Assembly: GCA_944358795.1 (NCBI GenBank)
Contig: CALVRW010000042.1
Span: 1 to 52,746, forward strand
DNA: 52,746 bases
Direction of reading: 5' to 3'
Source: an uncultured Bacilli bacterium
Lineage (GTDB): Bacteria > Bacillota_I > Bacilli_A > RF39 > UBA660
The position numbers and the translations under genes were made by a program. Below are positions 22,379 through 33,389 of the stretch, piece after piece; the stretch's first letter is position 1; every line of letters begins with the position of its first letter. The notes under the pieces were generated by a model that saw only the letters and a list, made by a program, of their open reading frames with translations, was not told where the DNA came from and did not search any database.

Positions 22379-23812
22379 CTAATTATTCATAGATTCTAAT
22401 CTTTTTAAAACCGTTTCTTTTCCAAGTAAATGAATCGTATTTGGAAGTTCTGGACCATGCATAATTCCTGATACTTGAATACGAATTGGCATAAATAACA
22501 TTTTTCCTTTTACATTCGCTTTTTCTTTTGTATTTTGAATTGCTAAATTAATATTTTCTACTGTCCAATCTTGAATATGATGAATTTCTTCAGTAAAAAT
22601 ACGAATCGTATTAGAAATTCCCTCTTGTTTCATAAATTCTTGACATTCTTCATCCCAAGCAATTTCTTCATTAAAGAATAAAGCCGTTTCTTCTACGATT
22701 TCTTTTCCATAACTAATATGATTTTGATAAAGTAATACAAGTTCTTTTACCCAGTTATCACTCTTGTTTGTTAAATCGTATGCTTCTTTTAAATGTGGTA
22801 CCGTAATGTTTAATAATGCTTCTGGATCTAGTTTTTTAATATAATGAGCATTTACCCATTGTAATTTTTTAATATCAAATACAGCTGGTGCCTTACTAAT
22901 TCTTTTTGGATCAAATATTTTTACTAATTCTTCTAATGTAAAAATTTCTTCATTTGTTTCTGGAGACCAACCTAACATTGCTAAATAATTTACAATTGCC
23001 TCTGGTAAGTAACCATCATGATATAAATCCATGAAAGAGGCATCTCCATTTCTCTTAGATAATTTTTTACCATCACTACCATTTACCATTGGAAGATGTA
23101 CATAAGTAGGTTTTTCCCATCCAAATGCTTCATATAATAAATTATATTTAGGAGTAGACATTACATATTCATTTCCTCTTGCTACATGAGTAATTCCCAT
23201 TAAATGATCATCAATTACATTGGCAAAATTATAAGTAGGAAATCCATCAGATTTTAATAAAATTTGATCTTCTAAGATTCTATTTTCCACACTAATTTTT
23301 CCATATACTAAATCTTCATAAACACTAACACCATCTTTTGGCATCTTTTGACGAATAACGTATGGAACTCCTGCTTTCATTTTTTCTTCAATTTCTTCTT
23401 TTGATAAATTTTTACAATGACCATCATACATAAAAGCAACTTTATTTTCTTCTGCTTGACTTCTTAATTTATCTAATCGTTCTGGTGTACAGAAACAATA
23501 ATATGCATGCCCTTTTTCTACTAATTCATGAGCATATTTTTGATAGATATCTAATCGTTCACTTTGTGTATATGGTCCATACTTTCCTGGGTTATTTGGA
23601 CCTTCATCAAAATTTAATCCACATAAACGGCAAGTGTCATAAATAAACTCTACTGCCCCGTCTACTTTTCTTGTTTGATCCGTATCTTCAATTCGAAGTA
23701 AAAAATCTCCATTATCATGTTTTGCTAATAAATATTCAAAAATTGCACTCCTTAAATTTCCTACATGCATAAATCCTGTTGGACTTGGTGCATAACGTGT
23801 TCTTGTTTTCAT
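22379..23812 (-). CDS. gltX: Glutamate-tRNA ligase
   Basis: RYAPSPTGFMHVGN, LRIEDTD, KLSKR. Confidence 0.98.
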   Translation of the reverse strand: MKTRTRYAPSPTGFMHVGNLRSAIFEYLLAKHDNGDFLLRIEDTDQTRKVDGAVEFIYDTCRLCGLNFDEGPNNPGKYGPYTQSERLDIYQKYAHELVEKGHAYYCFCTPERLDKLRSQAEENKVAFMYDGHCKNLSKEEIEEKMKAGVPYVIRQKMPKDGVSVYEDLVYGKISVENRILEDQILLKSDGFPTYNFANVIDDHLMGITHVARGNEYVMSTPKYNLLYEAFGWEKPTYVHLPMVNGSDGKKLSKRNGDASFMDLYHDGYLPEAIVNYLAMLGWSPETNEEIFTLEELVKIFDPKRISKAPAVFDIKKLQWVNAHYIKKLDPEALLNITVPHLKEAYDLTNKSDNWVKELVLLYQNHISYGKEIVEETALFFNEEIAWDEECQEFMKQEGISNTIRIFTEEIHHIQDWTVENINLAIQNTKEKANVKGKMLFMPIRIQVSGIMHGPELPNTIHLLGKETVLKRLESMNN

Positions 23813-23893
23813 ACTATCATCACCCGTAAACATTTTACCATATTTTATAAAAAAATAGTAAAAAAAGTACGGAAACACAAAAAAAATCGGCTT

Positions 23894-24289
23894 CTAGTCG
23901 ATTTTAATTTGTTTTTTTGTATACGTTTCCTCTGTAATTTCTGGAAAATGAATCGTTAGAATACCATCTTTATACTTTGCTTTAATATTGGTTACATCAA
24001 TATCACCAACATAAAAACTACGACGATACATACCACAGTATCGTTCTTTTCTAATATATTCTCCGTCTATTTCATCATCACTAACTCGATTCGCTTCTAC
24101 CGTTAAATATCCCTTATGATATTCAATTTTAATATTTTCTTTCTCCATTCCTGGTAGATCAATTTCAATACAATATTCTCCGTCATTTCTACTAATATCA
24201 GCTTTCATCATTGTATAATCACGCTCTAATAAAGTTTCATCTAATAAGTTCATATAATTATGAAAAAAATTATTTTTCGCATCTAACAT
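23894..24289 (-). CDS. Hsp20/alpha-crystallin small heat-shock protein
   Basis: DLPGMEKENI, ERYCGMYRRSF, AKYKDGILTI. Confidence 0.93.
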   Translation of the reverse strand: MLDAKNNFFHNYMNLLDETLLERDYTMMKADISRNDGEYCIEIDLPGMEKENIKIEYHKGYLTVEANRVSDDEIDGEYIRKERYCGMYRRSFYVGDIDVTNIKAKYKDGILTIHFPEITEETYTKKQIKID

Positions 24290-24362
24290 GTTACCATCTC
24301 CTATCTTTATTATGATAGAAAATAATAGAAGTATACAAAAATAAGAATGCACAAATGCATTC

Positions 24363-24638
24363 TTAAATTGTTCTTCCTTGTGTTAAAGTATCTTGATACT
24401 GTAATACTTCTTCTACTTGTTTATTATAATAATCTGTTGTTTGTAAATTTGGATAATCAAAAGTTGAATCTTTCATATATTCTGAGCCAAAGAAATAACC
24501 TACGATTTCTTTCACTTTCCCCATTTCATTAGCAAAAGCAAACATTTCTTTATAAATATCATCTAATTCATGGGTTCCTGAGATGTAACTACGATTCGTA
24601 ATATCCATCACTCTTTTCATACTATCTAATCGATTCAT
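24363..24638 (-). CDS. Hypothetical protein
   Basis: AAGGAG RBS; starts 2 bp after the upstream ORF stop. Confidence 0.65.
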   Translation of the reverse strand: MNRLDSMKRVMDITNRSYISGTHELDDIYKEMFAFANEMGKVKEIVGYFFGSEYMKDSTFDYPNLQTTDYYNKQVEEVLQYQDTLTQGRTI

Positions 24639-24640
24639 AA

Positions 24641-25174
24641 CTATTCTCCTTCATTCACTCTATCAATAATCAAACTTGGATTATTCTGAAAAAATGCTTC
24701 TTTTAACACTTCATCACCAACAATTTTTCCAAATAAATTAGCAGCAATAATTTCATCTGTATAATAATCATGGTCTTCTGAATTACCAACTAACATATTT
24801 GCAATTCCAGCAATATACCCAATGTTAAGTGCTAAGAAACTGCCATCGGCATCGAATCCCGTCATTCCATTATTCGTAGCAATTAAACGAATGACAATGT
24901 TCATTAAAAGATTTTTTGTATCTTTTACTTTTTCCAACTCTTTTGGATTAATAGTTAACTTATTTAACTTAGCGTTATAATCAAGTGGAAGTCTTTGAAT
25001 AAAGCGATTGGTTTTTTCAATTTTTAATGTTTTTAAGTTTTGACATAAGTTTTTTAAATCAACTTCAGGAAATGTCTTATGAAAAATTTCAACTAATTCT
25101 AATACATTTTCTTGAAAGTCTTGATCTAATCCCTTATTTTTACTCATTGCTTCCTTTACCACTAATAAATCCAT
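24641..25174 (-). CDS. Hypothetical protein
   Basis: 177-aa ORF with RBS; no confident motif. Confidence 0.7.
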   Translation of the reverse strand: MDLLVVKEAMSKNKGLDQDFQENVLELVEIFHKTFPEVDLKNLCQNLKTLKIEKTNRFIQRLPLDYNAKLNKLTINPKELEKVKDTKNLLMNIVIRLIATNNGMTGFDADGSFLALNIGYIAGIANMLVGNSEDHDYYTDEIIAANLFGKIVGDEVLKEAFFQNNPSLIIDRVNEGE

Positions 25175-25302
25175 AGTATCACCCTAATATTCCTTAAGTA
25201 ATATTATATCACATGTTTTCCCATTTTCAAGTTAAATTTTTCTGTTTTACTTACAAAACAAAAAAACTGTCAATCGACAATTTCTTTGCGTTTCATTCAC
25301 AT

Positions 25303-27630
25303 TTAAGATGGAATAGAAGTCGTTTTCAAAGCTCTAATATGACATTCTTTCTTATTATTTAATAATGCTTCAATGATTTGATTTTCAATATAATCTAATA
25401 TAATTTTGTTTAATTTTCTGGCACCAAACTCTTGATAATTTGCCTCAACAATCATTTCTTCTATTACATTATCATCCACCCTTACATTTATATTTTTTGA
25501 TTGGTATTTATCCACAACTTTTTTTAATTTTTCCTCTACTAGTTTACGAATGGTTTCCACACCCAATTTTTTAAAGACAATCACTTGGTCAATACGGTTA
25601 ATAAAAGGAACACTAAAGAATTCTTTTAGTTTTGTTATGACATTACTTTCTTTATATTCTGTAAATCCAATGTTAATATCATGGAACCCAATATTCGAAG
25701 TCATCACAATTGTAACATGATCAAAACGAATGATTGATCCTTTTGAATCTTTTATTTTTCCTTCATCTAAAATTTGTAAAAATAAATTAAGAATAGAAGG
25801 ATGTGCTTTTTCTATTTCATCTAAAATGAGTACACTATATGGTTTATTTTTAATTTCATCTAAAATATTGCGATGATCCATATATCCTACATATCCTGGA
25901 GGTGCCCCTACGATTTTACTAACTGTATGAGCTTCACTAAATTCACTCATATCAAGTTTTATCACATTGTTTTCTCCAACTAAATGTTTTGCGAAGACCT
26001 TGCTTAGTTCTGTTTTTCCTACTCCAGATGGTCCACAAAATAAGTAAGAATAACAGCGGTTTTCATCTTGATATCCAAGTTTAATTCTTTTGGCAATTTT
26101 AATGACTTCTGATACTGCTTGATCTTGTCCCATAATCCTTTCTTTTAAGTCTTCTTCAATTTTTTCTATTACCATTTTATTGTCTTGCAATAATTCGTAA
26201 ACTGGAATTGATGTTTTCATATGTACAACACTCGCAATATCTTCTTTTGTCACATTTTTCACATGACTCTTTTGATATAATTTCAATTCTAATTCATTTA
26301 ATTCATTCATCCATTTATTTTCTTCATCTTTGAAATGGGATGCCAGTTTAAAGTCATCATTCATAATTGCTTCATTTTTTTGTTTTCTTACAGCTTGTAA
26401 TTTTTTATTATATTCATTATATTGTTTCAATTCTTTACTTTCTTTTAAACTTACCCTTGCACATACTTCATCCATAATATCAATCGCCTTATCCGGTTGA
26501 TTTCGATCATAAATATAAGTATCACTTAGACGAATGATTAAATCGATCATCTCATCACTGATTGATACAAAATGATATTTTTCATAAATTGGTTTTAACG
26601 TTGTTAAAATTTCTTTTACTGTTTCTTTTGTTGGAACTTCTATATTTACTTTTTGGAATCTCCTTTCTAAGGCACTGTCCGTTTCAATATGTGTTTTATA
26701 TTCAGCTGTTGTTGTTGCCCCAATACATCGTAATTTTCCTCTAGCTAGTGCCGGCTTAAATATATTCGAAGCATCAATTGCTCCTTCAGCTCCTCCAGCT
26801 CCAACAAGTGTATGTATTTCATCAATAAAAAGAATAATATCATCATGATCTTCAATTTCTTTTAATATTTTACGCATACGATCTTCAAATTCGCCACGAT
26901 ATTTTGTTCCGGCTACCGTTGTTGCCATATCAAGTGAAATAATTCGTTTATTTTTTAACATCGGTGGTACTTCACCAAAAGCAATCATTCGGCTTAGTTC
27001 TTCGACAATCGCCGTTTTTCCTACTCCAGCATCCCCAATTAATAATGGATTATTTTTGGTTCTTCTCATCAAAATTTCAATGACACGTTTCATTTCTTTT
27101 TCTCTACCAATTACTGGATCAAGTTGTCCATCTCTTGCTTTTTTCGTTAAGTCTACCCCTAACTCTTCTAACAATAATTTATCCCCTTCTCTCGTTTTAT
27201 GACTAGAACTAAAATGATAAGAAAATTCTGAATATAATTCATCTAAATCAATTTCTAATCCTACCATAATTCGAATGGCAACACCTTCTCCTTCTTCTAA
27301 TAAACTGGCAAACAAATGAGAAATTGTTACTTCACCATGATTATTTTCTTTCGCATCAATTACCGCATTTTCCATGACTCTCTTTAATAATGGGGTATAT
27401 AAAAACCAATTACTTTCTTTTGATCCAACACCTACTATTCGAATAATTTCTTCTTTTAATTTTTTATAATCTAAATGATATTGTTTTAATTTTCGTGAAA
27501 TCGGATTATCACTCTTTAGGATTGCTAATAACAAATGTTCACTTCCGACATATGGATGTTTTAATGCATACATTTCTTCTTTTGCTCTTACTAAAATACC
27601 GCGTGCTTCTTCTGTAAAATTTCCAAACAT
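25303..27630 (-). CDS. clpC: ATP-dependent Clp protease ATPase subunit (ClpC-like)
   Basis: Clp N repeats, GDAGVGKT, GPSGVGKT, UVR-like middle domain, GAPPGYVG, IGF loop. Confidence 0.9.
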   Translation of the reverse strand: MFGNFTEEARGILVRAKEEMYALKHPYVGSEHLLLAILKSDNPISRKLKQYHLDYKKLKEEIIRIVGVGSKESNWFLYTPLLKRVMENAVIDAKENNHGEVTISHLFASLLEEGEGVAIRIMVGLEIDLDELYSEFSYHFSSSHKTREGDKLLLEELGVDLTKKARDGQLDPVIGREKEMKRVIEILMRRTKNNPLLIGDAGVGKTAIVEELSRMIAFGEVPPMLKNKRIISLDMATTVAGTKYRGEFEDRMRKILKEIEDHDDIILFIDEIHTLVGAGGAEGAIDASNIFKPALARGKLRCIGATTTAEYKTHIETDSALERRFQKVNIEVPTKETVKEILTTLKPIYEKYHFVSISDEMIDLIIRLSDTYIYDRNQPDKAIDIMDEVCARVSLKESKELKQYNEYNKKLQAVRKQKNEAIMNDDFKLASHFKDEENKWMNELNELELKLYQKSHVKNVTKEDIASVVHMKTSIPVYELLQDNKMVIEKIEEDLKERIMGQDQAVSEVIKIAKRIKLGYQDENRCYSYLFCGPSGVGKTELSKVFAKHLVGENNVIKLDMSEFSEAHTVSKIVGAPPGYVGYMDHRNILDEIKNKPYSVLILDEIEKAHPSILNLFLQILDEGKIKDSKGSIIRFDHVTIVMTSNIGFHDINIGFTEYKESNVITKLKEFFSVPFINRIDQVIVFKKLGVETIRKLVEEKLKKVVDKYQSKNINVRVDDNVIEEMIVEANYQEFGARKLNKIILDYIENQIIEALLNNKKECHIRALKTTSIPS

Positions 27631-27719
27631 AACTTTCTCCCTTCCATCGTTATCTTACTACAAGAAAAGTGCATATTATGTCTGATTTAGGGACAAACAA
27701 AAAAATAGTATTTCTAATA

Positions 27720-27941
27720 CTATTTCGTCAATTTTTTTATCTTACATTGAATTTTATATTCTTTTTTCATAAGATTATCTTCTCTTCTTTGTAATTGGCG
27801 TTCCTTCCATCTTTCAATAAACGTATATTCTGATGGATTACTTTTCATTACAAGATATTTTACCTGTTTTTCTGTATTCATTTTTTTAATCTGTTCTTGT
27901 GTATCTTCTAATTGTCGTTCATAAATTACTAGCTTTTTCAT
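27720..27941 (-). CDS. Small basic hypothetical protein
   Basis: GGGAGG RBS before ATG 27941. Confidence 0.55.
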   Translation of the reverse strand: MKKLVIYERQLEDTQEQIKKMNTEKQVKYLVMKSNPSEYTFIERWKERQLQRREDNLMKKEYKIQCKIKKLTK

Positions 27942-28006
27942 GTAGATCCTCCCATCAACGTTTATGTATTTTATCACAGATTGTTATAGAATACAAATAT
28001 TCTCTA

Positions 28007-28360
28007 TTATTTTTTTAATTTTGCTTCCCATTCGTTTTCTTTAAATCCTACTAATATGAAATGATCAAAAATAAGAAGTGGACGTTTTATTAACATCCCA
28101 TAATTACTTAATAACGTTAATTTTTCCTCTTCACTCATCGTTTCTAATTTATCTTTCAGTCCAAATTCTTTATATAAGTTACCACTTGTGTTAAAAAACT
28201 TTTTAATAGGATAACCACTCATTTCTAAATATTTTTTTAACTCTTCTTTTGTTGGTGTATCTTTTGTAATATCGCGGTCATCAAATTCATATTGATGTTC
28301 TTCTAACCATTTTTTTGCTTTCTTACAGGTTGAACACTTTGGATACTCTATGAATTCCAT
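28007..28360 (-). CDS. ArsC/Spx-family protein (YusI-like)
   Basis: YPKCSTCKKA, FFNTSG, MLIKRPL. Confidence 0.9.
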   Translation of the reverse strand: MEFIEYPKCSTCKKAKKWLEEHQYEFDDRDITKDTPTKEELKKYLEMSGYPIKKFFNTSGNLYKEFGLKDKLETMSEEEKLTLLSNYGMLIKRPLLIFDHFILVGFKENEWEAKLKK

Positions 28361-28474
28361 ATAATCTTCCTCTCATAATAAAGTCAAGTATTTTCTATAC
28401 AAAACTTTATAATTTTTTATTTTTTTATTTATTTCAGTTATTTTTTTAACTAATTTTGATTCCTTCTTTCTATT

Positions 28475-29353
28475 TTATTTCATTAGTTTTTTAAATTCTA
28501 CTGGAACTGGTGCTTCAAATCGATACTTCTTTTTCGTAATTGGATGAATAAATCCTAGTTCTTTTGCGTGTAATCCTAATCTTTTTATAGGATTCGTCTT
28601 TGCCCCATACTTCTTATCCCCTGTAATAGGATATCCAAGTTCCTTCATATGAACACGGATTTGATTTTTTCTACCGGTATCTAATAATACATTTAATAAT
28701 GTATAACCATTTTTTACTTTCATTACTTGATAATGTGTAATTGCTAATTTTCCTTCTTTTTTATTTTTTGTAACATATACAAGCTTATTTTTATTTTCTT
28801 TTAAATAGTTTTTAATCGTTCCTTGTTTTTCACTTACATTTCCTTCAACAATCGCAAAATATTGTCGCTTTGTAATGAAATCATTCCAATTTTCTTGTAA
28901 TACTTCTTTTAACTTTTCATTTTTCGTAAAAAGTAAAATTCCAGAAGTATCTTGATCTAAACGATGGACAACATAAATATTGTCTTTCGGATTTCTCGCT
29001 TTTACATGTTCTTTTACCATATGATAAGCCGTATTTTCTTTTTCCTTTTCAGTTGCTACCGTAAGTAATCCCGCTGGTTTATTAATAACAACAAACTCAT
29101 TATCTTCATATAAAATTGGTAACGCTTTCTTCTTTTTATCCAGTACTACTTTTCCAAATACTAATTTTACTGTCATTCCAGGCTTTAATTTTACATTATA
29201 TTTTGTCGTAATAACATCATTTACTAAAATATTTCCATGTGTTAAAAAAGATTTTACCTTTTTCTTAGGGTAAGAATCTAATGTTTGATATAAAAATTCA
29301 AGTAACAAGGATTCTTCTTGTACTTTCATCACGATCATATTTTGTTTTTTCAT
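28475..29353 (-). CDS. RluA-family pseudouridine synthase
   Basis: NKPAGL, VHRLDQDTSG, TGRKNQIRVH, GDKKYG. Confidence 0.95.
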   Translation of the reverse strand: MKKQNMIVMKVQEESLLLEFLYQTLDSYPKKKVKSFLTHGNILVNDVITTKYNVKLKPGMTVKLVFGKVVLDKKKKALPILYEDNEFVVINKPAGLLTVATEKEKENTAYHMVKEHVKARNPKDNIYVVHRLDQDTSGILLFTKNEKLKEVLQENWNDFITKRQYFAIVEGNVSEKQGTIKNYLKENKNKLVYVTKNKKEGKLAITHYQVMKVKNGYTLLNVLLDTGRKNQIRVHMKELGYPITGDKKYGAKTNPIKRLGLHAKELGFIHPITKKKYRFEAPVPVEFKKLMK

Positions 29354-29371
29354 ACTTCACTCCAAACTTTA

Positions 29372-30214
29372 TTATAATAATTGTAATCCAAAGTAAGCAA
29401 GAATGATAACACCTAGAATAATACGATACCATCCAAATATTTTGAAATTATGTTTTTTAATATAATCCATTAAGAAACGAATTACAATAATTGATACAAA
29501 GAAAGCAGATAACATTCCAATGAGTAAAATTATTAATTCTGAACTTGTAAAGGCAATACCAAATTTTACAATCTTTAATAAACTAGCCCCAAACATAACT
29601 GGGATTGCTAAAAAGAAAGTAAATTCTGCTGCTACGGTACGACTTACACCAATCATAAGTCCACCAAGAATGGTTGCTCCAGAACGTGATGTTCCTGGAA
29701 AAATAGCGGCGATTAATTGGAAAATTCCAATTAAAATAGCGTCTCTATATGTAATATCATCTAATTTTGTAACACGATCCTTTTTATCTTTATTACGATT
29801 TTCAATTACTAAAAATCCAATTCCAAATAAAATTAACATTGTTGCGACAACAACTGAATTATATAGATATTTTTCTAATATTTCGTCAAATAAAATTCCA
29901 ATCACTGCTGCTGGTAAACATGCAACAATAATTTTAAACCATAACGTCATAATATCCATTTTAATAAATGATTTTTGATTCTTCTTTGAAGATAAATTGA
30001 ATGGGAAAATTTTATTCCAAAATAATAACACAACGGCTAAAATTGCCCCTAATTGAATGACTACTAAAAATAAATTCCAAAACTCTTCTGATACATTTAA
30101 AGAAACAAATTCTTCTAATAAAATCATATGTCCCGTACTACTAATCGGTAACCATTCCGTAATTCCTTCTACAATTCCAAACAGAATTGATTTTAATATT
30201 TCTATAAATTCCAT
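29372..30214 (-). CDS. uppP: Undecaprenyl-diphosphate phosphatase
   Basis: EGITEWLPISSTGH, PGTSRSGAT. Confidence 0.97.
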   Translation of the reverse strand: MEFIEILKSILFGIVEGITEWLPISSTGHMILLEEFVSLNVSEEFWNLFLVVIQLGAILAVVLLFWNKIFPFNLSSKKNQKSFIKMDIMTLWFKIIVACLPAAVIGILFDEILEKYLYNSVVVATMLILFGIGFLVIENRNKDKKDRVTKLDDITYRDAILIGIFQLIAAIFPGTSRSGATILGGLMIGVSRTVAAEFTFFLAIPVMFGASLLKIVKFGIAFTSSELIILLIGMLSAFFVSIIVIRFLMDYIKKHNFKIFGWYRIILGVIILAYFGLQLL

Positions 30215-30271
30215 TTTATCCCTCTTTCTTATTCTATTTTACTATATTTCACCTAAAATATTAATTCCTTT

Positions 30272-31480
30272 TCATTGATACATGATATTAATGTCAACTG
30301 TTCCATTAATTCCATCAACTTTCCCTTTATCTGTTAATTGCCAGAATTTATAATCTCCGGTATAACTCGTCTGATCAACATAATGTGCTAACCAAATATC
30401 ATAGTTTGTAGGAAACCAAATATTTTCTAAATAAGTTTTACTACTATAAAGCATTCCCTCATATCCATTTTTTTCTACTTCTTCTAAAAATGCTTCTGCC
30501 ATACTCGTTAATCCAAAGAAACTAAGTTTATAATCATTGAAGTAAGCCCAATCTTCCCAATCATAAGCAATTGGTAGTGTCACTTCATAATCTTTTATTT
30601 GTTCCAAGACCCATCTCGCATCTTCTTTTGCTTCTTTGATAGAAGAAGAATAAGAATAGAAATAAATTCCAACATCAATATCATGCTCATTCGCACCTTT
30701 GATATTTTGAACAAATTTCTTATCGACAAAATATTTTTCTTCATCCCCTGTATAACTACCTACACGAATAATAATAAATTCTACTCCTGCTTTTTTTATT
30801 TTTTCAAAATCAATATCGCCTTGCCAAGAAGATACATCAATTCCAATTTTGGTGTGATCCGTTTTATATTTTTTTACAACATCAGAAAATTGTACATAGT
30901 TGATTGTTGGTACCTGCTTTGATTCGCCATTATTTTTTGGTTCATATACATGTAATGTAAATGGATGTTCTACTTTATTTCCACTCTGGTCTTCAGCTTT
31001 GAATACTAAAGGATAACTTCCTTCTTTCTTAACATCATAATTTCCAACAACCTGACACTTTGGTGTATTGTCATAGTTATCTCCACATAAAATCTTTTTT
31101 GATAACGCTACATCTTCTCCTTTTTTTATAGAATATGAGCTACCTAACCAAATCATCGGTTCAGTTGTATCCACTACTTCAATTTGAAAAGAATATGGTA
31201 TTTTAATATTTTCTTCATTTTTATAATGAAAGGTAATATTCTTTTTTCCTAATTTTGTCGTATCAATTTTTTTATCATCTAATAGCGTTCCATTGATAGA
31301 ATGAATAAAATCGGATATCTTTTTATTATCATAAACTTCTACTGATAAATCATCTACCAACATTACTTCAATTTTCGCAGTCTTCAAACGAATATATTGA
31401 TAAATTTGAACAAGTAAAAAACTACTCATTAAAATCCCAATGATAAACATCATAATGATTGTTTGTTTTTTTCTATTCAT
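30272..31480 (-). CDS. Membrane-anchored GH25 muramidase with Ig-like domains
   Basis: N-terminal TM helix; GIDVSSWQG, YDWE, WLAHY, WQ...VDIN. Confidence 0.88.
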   Translation of the reverse strand: MNRKKQTIIMMFIIGILMSSFLLVQIYQYIRLKTAKIEVMLVDDLSVEVYDNKKISDFIHSINGTLLDDKKIDTTKLGKKNITFHYKNEENIKIPYSFQIEVVDTTEPMIWLGSSYSIKKGEDVALSKKILCGDNYDNTPKCQVVGNYDVKKEGSYPLVFKAEDQSGNKVEHPFTLHVYEPKNNGESKQVPTINYVQFSDVVKKYKTDHTKIGIDVSSWQGDIDFEKIKKAGVEFIIIRVGSYTGDEEKYFVDKKFVQNIKGANEHDIDVGIYFYSYSSSIKEAKEDARWVLEQIKDYEVTLPIAYDWEDWAYFNDYKLSFFGLTSMAEAFLEEVEKNGYEGMLYSSKTYLENIWFPTNYDIWLAHYVDQTSYTGDYKFWQLTDKGKVDGINGTVDINIMYQ

Positions 31481-31706
31481 AGGTCCTCTTTTCTAGTCGC
31501 TATCGACATTTTACGAAAGTTTACGACACTTTTATTTTATAAAAATATTACCATTTATATCTATTTTATCATAAAATATTTCATTCGTACATTTTGTTGA
31601 CAAGATTGGAATGTAAAACTGTTGTTTACTCCAATTTTATAAGAAATCTAGGTCAGTTTTAAGTAAAAATCACCTAAAAAACCTTCTTTCTATCTCATCT
31701 TTTTTT

Positions 31707-32906
31707 TTACTTTTCTTCTAATAACCAATCAACTACATTAATTTTGGTAATACCATCATAATCCGCTTCTAAATCCATATCTAACGTTAATAAATATTTT
31801 GGATAATGATCCCCAGTTTTTTGTAAAGAACGCAATTCTCTCTCTAGTACCTTTTCATCTCTAACAGTTAAAGCGACTTGGTAATATTTGAGTCCCTCAC
31901 GATTTTCCGCAACAAAGTCCACTTCTAACTCATCAACTTTACCAACATAAACTTTGTAACCTCTTCTTAATAATTCTAAATATACGATATTTTCTAAAAT
32001 GTGTCCCATATCTCGATCAGCTTTTTTTCCTAATAGATAACTTCTTAGTCCTGGATCAACAGCATAATATTTATAATCTCTTGCCAACAAATTCTTTCCT
32101 TTTACATCAAATCTTTCTGCTTTATATATTAAGAAACTTTCTAAAAAAGCGGTTATATAATTTTCAACTGTATGATTACTGATTGCAATACCTTTACTTG
32201 TTAGCGTATCACTTATTTTTTTCGTTGAAATAGGACTTCCTACACTATCAAAAATAAATTTTAAAATACTTTCTAATAATAGTTTATCTTTTATATTATT
32301 TCGAGCCATTATATCTTTATAAACGATTGTTGAAAAGATTCCATCTAAATATCGATCTATATCATTTGGATTCGTTTGTAATATATTTATATTTCCTGGC
32401 ATACCACCATTTTTCATATAATTTAGAAATAATTGTTGATAATTTGTTTCATCAAAAGCTGTTATATATTCTTTAAATGATAAGGGTAACATTTTGATTT
32501 CTATATATCTTCCGGATAATAAGGTAGCAAGTTCACCAGATAATAAATATGCATTAGAACCAGTTATATATAAATCAACATTTTTCTTTATATATAAACT
32601 ATCTACCGCTTTTTGAAATTCAGGTACATTTTGAACTTCATCTAAAAATATATAATATTGTTTTTTTGAATCTATTTTATCATTAATGTAATGATACAAG
32701 TCTTTATAGTTCTCAAATTCATAATCGACACTCTCTAAATTTATTTTTATAATTTGGTCATCCTCAATCTTATTTTCTTTTAAATAATTAATATATAATT
32801 CAAATAAAGTAGATTTTCCACATCTTCTAATACCGGTAATTACTTTGATTAAATCCTTATCTTTCCATCGTATTAACTCATTAAGATATTCTGTTCTTTC
32901 TATCAT
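31707..32906 (-). CDS. AAA_14 ATPase with DUF4143 domain
   Basis: GIRRCGKS, FLDEVQ, ITGSN, GGMP, ENIVYLELLRRG, EVDFV. Confidence 0.9.
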   Translation of the reverse strand: MIERTEYLNELIRWKDKDLIKVITGIRRCGKSTLFELYINYLKENKIEDDQIIKINLESVDYEFENYKDLYHYINDKIDSKKQYYIFLDEVQNVPEFQKAVDSLYIKKNVDLYITGSNAYLLSGELATLLSGRYIEIKMLPLSFKEYITAFDETNYQQLFLNYMKNGGMPGNINILQTNPNDIDRYLDGIFSTIVYKDIMARNNIKDKLLLESILKFIFDSVGSPISTKKISDTLTSKGIAISNHTVENYITAFLESFLIYKAERFDVKGKNLLARDYKYYAVDPGLRSYLLGKKADRDMGHILENIVYLELLRRGYKVYVGKVDELEVDFVAENREGLKYYQVALTVRDEKVLERELRSLQKTGDHYPKYLLTLDMDLEADYDGITKINVVDWLLEEK

Positions 32907-32950
32907 AATTTCACCTCTAATATCAGTATATAACAAACTTTATGTTTGGT

Positions 32951-33002
32951 CAACTTTTGGAAAAAAATTTCCAAAAGTAATGCTTTTATACAACTTTTGG
33001 AA
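32951..33002. repeat. Operator-like repeats upstream of the ATPase
   Basis: Inverted repeat ACTTTTGGAAA-4-TTTCCAAAAGT (32953-32978); CAACTTTTGGAA direct repeat at 32951 and 32991. Confidence 0.6.
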
Positions 33003-33099
33003 TTTTACTAAATACTATTAGTTTTTCTAACAACTATTAAATTTTATATGTCATTATAATTCAAATATATTTACTTGCTTCTTTGATACTAAACTGATT

Positions 33100-33389
33100 C
33101 TTGCAATTTTTATATGTATTGATAAAATTTTGATTTACTAATGTGCTAGAAATATATTTTTTCATAGCACCCAATGCATCGATAATATGAACATTATCTT
33201 TAACTGCAATATCACCGTAAGAAAACTAAATAGCATCATTATTCCTTGCTCAGTTAAAGCATGTGGTAAACTCCTTTCACCATCATGCACTATCTCATTC
33301 TTAAATTCGAGATCTCAATTTGTGTTTTCAAGTTGATTACCTCTTGCTACAAAGATCTTTTTTTCAATTATTATATTATTTTTTAACAT
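33100..33389 (-). pseudogene. Decayed ORF6N-domain gene
   Basis: Fragments in shifting frames: IEKKIFVARGNQ / NLKTQIEIS / ERSLPHALTEQGIMML / DIAVKDNVHIIDALGAMKKYI, with stops and frameshifts. Confidence 0.65.

Noticed and set aside
29520-29978. Antisense and shadow ORFs (this one, 36702-37181, 8432-8788, 45976-46305 and similar)
   Set aside because: They lie opposite or inside well-supported genes and show no motifs or RBS.
30272-31480. GH25 as a prophage endolysin
   Set aside because: It has an N-terminal membrane anchor and no holin or phage genes nearby.
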